IMG/VR virus record: IMGVR_UViG_3300028304_000465
DNA length: 64,000 nt
Origin: a virus
Reading direction: 5' to 3' (one strand)
The translations under genes were made by a program, and so were the position numbers. Shown one piece after another: positions 58,652-64,000 of the stretch (position 1 is the first letter of the stretch; every line of letters begins with the position of its first letter). The notes under the pieces were generated by a model. The model was given only the letters and a program-made list of their open reading frames with translations. It was not told the DNA's origin and made no database searches.

Positions 58652-59064
58652 GCGAATTTTTCAAGAGTAGCGTTATTACCGGAAAGAGTGTCTGGTGACT
58701 CGATTCCACGAATAAACTTATGGAGTAAAGCGCCGTGAGAGCGTTCTATCTCTCTCCAAGAGACTTCTCTTTTCTTGCTCGCTCCTTGTGACGGGTCTGC
58801 TTGTTTCCGAACGAAGTCTCCATCAAAGATAGTGTATCTATCGTCGTCAGCGCAGTAGAAAATAAAGTCGAAGTCCTCTGGTAGTGTCTCAACAAGTCGA
58901 GCCATAAAGGATGCCATGTTTTCGTAGGCGTACTCCTTTGCCACGAGACAATATCTTTGGTTCAAGAACGAGAGGGCATATCCAATTGTCCCACAGTCGT
59001 CCGTTAGCTGTTGGATAATAGTGAACCCCCGCTCATCAAGTCGAGTAGCGGCTTCGTGAATCAT
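58648..59064 (-). CDS. hypothetical protein (138 aa)
   Basis: Coupled to polB. Confidence 0.65.
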   Translation of the reverse strand: MIHEAATRLDERGFTIIQQLTDDCGTIGYALSFLNQRYCLVAKEYAYENMASFMARLVETLPEDFDFIFYCADDDRYTIFDGDFVRKQADPSQGASKKREVSWREIERSHGALLHKFIRGIESPDTLSGNNATLEKFA

Positions 59065-59402
59065 CGGTTATCTCCCTGTCCGGTCAGCACGTCCCGCTCC
59101 TTGCGGTCGAGCAGTTTGTCGAGGTTGTCCTCGGCTATCTCACCGAGTTCCCATCCGAACTCTTCACAGACCTGTGAGAGATACCAGAGTACGTCACCGA
59201 CTTCAGCACGCATCTCTTCGATGTACTCGGGATCGTCTTCGCGGATGGCCTTCTTCAGCTTCTCCTCGATTTCACCTGTCTCCCCGCCCGCTCCGAGAAC
59301 GGTGTAGACCTGTCCGACTTCGATGAACTCGGGGAGCGTGTTCGGGAAGACAGCAGTACGTTTTGCCTGACGCTGGTACTCGTTCAGATCGTTTTCAGTC
59401 AT
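59061..59402 (-). CDS. MazG-like NTP pyrophosphohydrolase
   Basis: LNEYQ..A..T, GETGEI.EK.KK..R, EVGDVLWYL. Confidence 0.88.
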   Translation of the reverse strand: MTENDLNEYQRQAKRTAVFPNTLPEFIEVGQVYTVLGAGGETGEIEEKLKKAIREDDPEYIEEMRAEVGDVLWYLSQVCEEFGWELGEIAEDNLDKLLDRKERDVLTGQGDNR

Positions 59403-60130
59403 GGTGAACTCCCACAGTGACGCCTTCTTTGTAGTTGATTACGTGCTTCTCCAGCAGGTCGCAGTCCTGACAGTCGTACCGGATGTTTCCCTGTTTCCGC
59501 GAGATGCGGAGCAACAGGTCGCCGCCGCACTCTGGACACCAGACCCGGACCTCTCCGGGGTCAACTACTTGGTTCATCAGTTGCCGACCTCGACAGAATC
59601 TCGAACCCACTCTTCAAGATCGTCAACTGACACTTTTCGTCCCGTAACTGTCTCTCCACGCACATCCCCGGTATGGACAGTGGATTGCTCCAACACCGTG
59701 AACGGAACATGATAGACGAAGTTCTCACCGAGGATGTAGAGCCGTTTGTCCGCAGAGTCCAGCACTTCGTCAGCCTGTTTCTCGGGGACAACGAAGTGAG
59801 TCACCGCAGGGTTCTCACGGATGTTCGGAATTTCCTCTGCTTTCAGAACCAGCGAGTCTTTACCATATCGGGTGTCCCGAGCGTTGAAACCGAGGACGAT
59901 AGCCGGATCGTTTGGGTGTGAGAGCGTGGTCCGCAGTCGGATATGGGGTGTAGCGTTAGCACTCATGGTTACTCGGTCTGCACCGCGATTTCTTCCTTGA
60001 TGTCGTTGATGCGCTCTGCCGACGCAGGGGTCCAGCGTAGGGAGTCGCCCTTGTTGACCGCCTGCGTGTTTTGCTCCAGTACAAAGAGTAACGTTTCGAC
60101 GTTTTCCGCTTCGAGGCTAATTTCCTGCAT
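59395..60130 (-). CDS. three small ORFs (59395-59577 Zn-finger, 59577-59966, 59969-60130)
   Basis: CPECG...CQDC; coupled ORFs under the promoter at 60220. Confidence 0.6.
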
Positions 60131-60234
60131 GGTTAGGTTGTGTCGGCGGATGCCGTCGCCCCCGGCAGGACACCAGAGGCGATTCCGACTCCGTGACACT
60201 AAAGAAGAACCGACAGGAGTTAATTCTTTCGGGA

Positions 60235-61041
60235 CTACTCCGATGAGTGGGGGGTTCGCTTCCGTCGGTGGCTCTTTCCACCAACCGGAGGCAAGAGGGG
60301 TTCGGGGTTCTCCTGCTCGAAGGGTAGGTTCTCGTTGACCAGCGAGGCCATCCGCTGTCGGAGTAGCCCTTCTCTTCGGCCGTTGGTCAGGGTCAACATG
60401 GGTGGGTCGAACACCAGCAACTCACTGTAGCCGAGGCTGTTGAGTTCGTTCTCATCACGTTCTGCGAGGTCTACGGCATCGAACTCATCCTCGCCCTCTC
60501 TGCCGCGCTCTTGGAGCCTTTCAAGCCGAGTGTAGAACGGAGCTTTTACACGAATGAGGTACACATCGAAGTAGTCCGCCAGCACTTCATAGTCCGTTGT
60601 AGAGCGCACACCATCTACAATAGCGACATTGGGGTGAGAGCCACGTACCATCTCGACGGCCCACTTGGGTATCTGTTCGGCATCGTCGTCTCGGGTTTGC
60701 GCCGCCCACTCCCCAAGTTCGGCAGATTCGAGGCCGTCCGGTGCGTGTCGCCGGATGGCGTCACCCATCGAGAAAATTGGACAATCGTAGACTCGGCTAA
60801 GTTTGTCCGCGACGTAGGACTTCCCCGCTCCGGGGAGGCCACAGAGAGCTATTATAGCGTCAGGAGCTTGGCTCGGTCGAGCGGGTTTTTGTGAGCGAAT
60901 AGTTCCACCGATGGTTCCGAGTTCCGCCGCGTGTTCTTGTGTCGCTCTGTATTTTCCTGTCTCGCTGATAGTGTAGAGGACTTTGATGAGCGTTTCTACT
61001 GATTCGTCGTGGAGGGTGAGTTCGGTGTTGCCTTCAGTCAT
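60235..61041 (-). CDS. P-loop nucleoside monophosphate kinase-like protein (dephospho-CoA kinase/UPF0200-like)
   Basis: CGLPGAGKS, FSMGDAIR, IVDGVRS, R..RL..RGR. Confidence 0.8.
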   Translation of the reverse strand: MTEGNTELTLHDESVETLIKVLYTISETGKYRATQEHAAELGTIGGTIRSQKPARPSQAPDAIIALCGLPGAGKSYVADKLSRVYDCPIFSMGDAIRRHAPDGLESAELGEWAAQTRDDDAEQIPKWAVEMVRGSHPNVAIVDGVRSTTDYEVLADYFDVYLIRVKAPFYTRLERLQERGREGEDEFDAVDLAERDENELNSLGYSELLVFDPPMLTLTNGRREGLLRQRMASLVNENLPFEQENPEPLLPPVGGKSHRRKRTPHSSE

Positions 61042-61189
61042 GGTCGAGCATTTTGGAACCGCGTCAGCATCTCGTCGTACTGTTCTTGTTTCTCTTCATC
61101 GGGGGCGTCGATGTGGTAGCCCGACGCGAGGGCTTCGAGAAGTTGCTCGATATGGTCTGCGTCGTCTTCATCGAGAACCATTGGGACTC

Positions 61190-62215
61190 TCATCTGTTAA
61201 GACCCCAATTAGAGTCACAAATATTGAACATGTGACAATTACCGCCGTCGTAGTTACAAAGCGGTTGCGGCTCCGAGTCGAAGTTCTCGGGAGGGCCGTT
61301 CCCCTCAACTTGCTCGGGCATCTCTTGCATCCCCGTAACTGCCTCACAGATTGTTTCACGACGCTCTACATCGGGATAGGGAGACACGATGAGTTCGTCA
61401 GCGCCGGGGTAATACCCCGCTACGGCATCAACATCGAAGAACCTCTCGAAGAGCCACCCATAGTATTCCCCCTCAAGAAATATACCAGTATCTCGATACT
61501 TCTCATCGGGGATGCTTCCAGTCTTGTAGTCGATGATGGTTACGCCGTCACCGTCAACACCGATGAGTGAGCGGGAGTCCACGATAAGGTCTGCTCGCCC
61601 CATCCACGGCGCACTGCCGACGGGCGGCTCACCACTCACGTAGTCTGGATTGCCCCGGTCTTCGACCCACGACTCCGGGGGCTGTCCGAGCCACGCTTCG
61701 GCCTCGACCTCAACGGGGAGCCACAGGTCTTGACCCATCTGACGGGCAACCCGAGCGTCGTGGTCTGAACGGAGTGGGCCGTGAACGTCGATGATGTGGT
61801 CAGCGACTTCGTTCCACCTACGCTCCTCGAACCGGATGAACGAGCCGATCTGCTCAATCCACTGCGTGTAGTTCCGCCAGTGGGGAAGCAGGTCAGCGAA
61901 ACGCTCTGGTCGTTCTCCGTTTTCCTCCACGTAGTCCATCAGGTTGAGGTGGAACACCTCAAACGTCTCGTGGAGCCTGCTACCGCGTTCCATATAGTAA
62001 TTAGTAGGAGCGCGTTCTCCACAAATATAGGTCCAGTAAAATTTGGCTGGACATTTGAGATATTTCTTCACTCTCGACTTGCTGATGTATGGAAGTCCAT
62101 TTTCCAGCACTTCCTCGTCGGGCTGAAGAACCCTCTCCGGGTCAATTCCTTCGAGACGTGTCGGTTCTGGACGGTCAGCACTCGGGTCTGCTTCGTTGTT
62201 ATCGTATCTACTCAT
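61190..62215 (-). CDS. Cas4/RecB-like PD-(D/E)XK nuclease
   Basis: ISKSRV..YLKCP, G..LH, GRAD, IIDYKTG, C-terminal C..C...C (Fe-S). Confidence 0.85.
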   Translation of the reverse strand: MSRYDNNEADPSADRPEPTRLEGIDPERVLQPDEEVLENGLPYISKSRVKKYLKCPAKFYWTYICGERAPTNYYMERGSRLHETFEVFHLNLMDYVEENGERPERFADLLPHWRNYTQWIEQIGSFIRFEERRWNEVADHIIDVHGPLRSDHDARVARQMGQDLWLPVEVEAEAWLGQPPESWVEDRGNPDYVSGEPPVGSAPWMGRADLIVDSRSLIGVDGDGVTIIDYKTGSIPDEKYRDTGIFLEGEYYGWLFERFFDVDAVAGYYPGADELIVSPYPDVERRETICEAVTGMQEMPEQVEGNGPPENFDSEPQPLCNYDGGNCHMFNICDSNWGLNR

Positions 62216-63011
62216 GCTCCCCTCCACTTCTTGATTGTAGAAAGGGTAACGTGTTCGAGAACGTTCCTCATGACAGAGCGATTACCGCTGTGAGCAAGTT
62301 GTTCGTCAGTCAGAGTTTGGCGCTCGACTTTTGGTTCCTCATCCGGGGGATTGATAACTACGTAGATTTCAGTAGTACCACTCCCGAGGGGAGGCCTTGT
62401 CCGAAGTCCGCTAAGTACCGTAGTGATTTTCTTCATCGTTCTGGTGTTGTGTCTAATTTCTCTTCAAGCTCGCACACATGCTCTGTTATCTCAAGCGCCG
62501 AAGAGAAGTGAGTACGACCGCTCGCTGTCTCTTCGGTTTTGAACTCGATGACCGTGCGCTCCTGCGTAGCGGCGTGGGCCAGTATCTCCTGAAGCGTGTC
62601 GCGGAACGTCGGAGGGACGCCCACGTTTTCATCGTTCTCGCTCATTTCAGAGAACTCCCAAGATACTGCCGTGCTTGAGTACGGCGAGAACGCCGAGACT
62701 CAAAAGGACCAACGCTATCCAGAAACTCTTCGGTGGATTGGATGGTCCTTTCGATTTGCACGGCCAGTTGGTCGATATTTTCATCGAGGTTTCTGCCGTC
62801 ATCATCTTTAGTCATCCTCGACTACCTCGGCCACCTCCTCGATGGCACGGTTCAAGTCTTGCTCATCGAGTTCGAGTTTCATCTCGAACCGACGCATCTC
62901 TTTGGGAGTTTCCTCGTGGTCTTGCTTCACAAGAATAAGGTCTTCGAGGAACTGCGCGGGTTCATCTTGTGCGAGCGCGATTCGTTGGAGTGTAGTGTGT
63001 CGTTCAGTCAT
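62212..63011 (-). CDS. three small ORFs (62212-62436, 62433-62645, 62808-63011)
   Basis: Coupled acidic ORFs. Confidence 0.55.
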
Positions 63012-63598
63012 TGGTCATCTCTCATTTGTTCAATTTCGTGGGGCGGTCCAGAGATGGTGAGGCTCTTCTCGTCATTCCGAAGCAGTACCTCAGATTCATC
63101 CATTCGAAAGCCCAACGAGACAGAGGTGACGTGGTACTCGATTCCACCTATAGGAACCGTATCACCAATACAGTAGCCACCGACGACCATCCCATCTTGG
63201 GGTTCTTCTCGGCTCTGGTCATAACCCGATAAGGGGTCTTCTTCTGAGGCAACAGACTCCGCAAGTTCTGTGTGCATTGCTCCATATGGAACATCGTCCT
63301 GATGGGTTTCAGCAATGGACTCGTCCACGTTCATGTGATCGAGGACGAACCAGCCGTTGAATTCCCGACAGAACTTGTCGCCCCGCCTGAAGAACAGACC
63401 GAGTGAGTTCAGGTTCTCCGGGGTTACAGGAATTTCCAGCGTCTCCACGCCCTGATGTTCGAGTATCATGGCGAGAATTTTGCCGACCAGTTTCCACGAA
63501 TCTCCGTAGTCTTCGTTCTTTCGTTCGTACAGATCAGCAGAGTCAGCGAGAATTTCTAATGCCTCGCGCCCCCCACCCTCATCGGTTTCTTCAGTCAT
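63008..63598 (-). CDS. DUF1599-like (nucleotide-modification-associated) protein
   Basis: LYERKNEDYGDSW motif; ACAACC leader before the ATG at 63598. Confidence 0.6.
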   Translation of the reverse strand: MTEETDEGGGREALEILADSADLYERKNEDYGDSWKLVGKILAMILEHQGVETLEIPVTPENLNSLGLFFRRGDKFCREFNGWFVLDHMNVDESIAETHQDDVPYGAMHTELAESVASEEDPLSGYDQSREEPQDGMVVGGYCIGDTVPIGGIEYHVTSVSLGFRMDESEVLLRNDEKSLTISGPPHEIEQMRDDQ

Positions 63599-63788
63599 GG
63601 TTGTAGTTGGATGGAATTCGTTCATGCATCACTGTGCTTGATCCGCATAATGTCCGCTTTAGGAACTTTCAGTTCAACTCCCTCAGCGGTCACTACGCGA
63701 ACTGCTCCCGTGGGTAGGTTCATTGCGTCTCGAACATCCTCGAACTCGCGGAGGGTGCCGTTACCGCGCTCTACCCATACTGTGTAGG

Positions 63789-64000
63789 TCATGGTTGAAG
63801 GAACTCTTCAGGACGATACGCCTTGTCATCGACGTAGACGCCCCCTCCTCCTTTGTTCATCTTTAGCCCCTCAAAGGGAACATGATGTCGTGTGAGGTAC
63901 CCTGCGACCGAGGCCGCGTGACTCCACGGGCGAGCCGTCCAGACGATGATAGTGTGTCCCTGCTCCGTAAGGCTACGAAGCCGAGACTGCATCTTCGAAT
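63789..64000 (-). CDS. HAD-family phosphatase, C-terminal part (truncated by window edge)
   Basis: IIVWTAR, K...YVDDKA (HAD motifs II-IV). Confidence 0.7.
   Translation of the reverse strand, partial: SKMQSRLRSLTEQGHTIIVWTARPWSHAASVAGYLTRHHVPFEGLKMNKGGGGVYVDDKAYRPEEFLQP

Larger units (their letters stand above)
1847..64000. mobile_element. haloarchaeal temperate myovirus (provirus or viral contig), right end outside the window
   Basis: att fragment plus integrase, full head/contractile-tail module, PolB, acidic proteome, archaeal BRE/TATA promoters. Confidence 0.9.

Noticed and set aside
61190-62215. CRISPR-Cas locus
   Set aside because: Only a solo Cas4-like nuclease; no repeat-spacer array or other cas genes seen anywhere in the window.

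Overview
The window is about 62 kb of a temperate haloarchaeal head-tail virus with a contractile tail (myovirus), probably a provirus. Layout: (i) 1-1846, a higher-GC flank with virus/plasmid-style small genes and a C5-methyltransferase-like gene; (ii) a 3'-tRNA-Ala fragment (att core, 1847-1878) next to a tyrosine integrase; (iii) a long minus-strand early/accessory region (3025-24441) with many small acidic or Zn-finger ORFs, a LAGLIDADG endonuclease, a DUF932-like protein and a GHKL/rIIA-like ATPase; (iv) a mostly non-coding divergent region (about 21.7-25.6 kb); (v) a complete plus-strand morphogenesis operon (terminase, portal, protease, capsid, neck, sheath, tube, chaperones, tape measure, baseplate, PAAR, adhesins; 25586-53622); (vi) a minus-strand replication/nucleotide-metabolism region (HNH, intein-containing PolB, MazG-like, NMP-kinase-like, Cas4-like, HAD) running off the right edge. 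The most unusual signals are non-coding. They are a family of tRNA-like (acceptor plus T-arm) elements, three of them coupled to a conserved pseudoknot and an AC-rich leader in front of early genes; a ~1-kb ORF-free, densely base-paired, promoter-driven RNA candidate (21700-22742); and about 40 dispersed copies of CCGATGAG, mostly with a G-rich tail. A neck/tail-completion protein carrying a zincin-like extension and a TCC-TTT-CGC +1 frameshift site are also notable. All calls come from motif reading by eye; no searches or folding programs were run.
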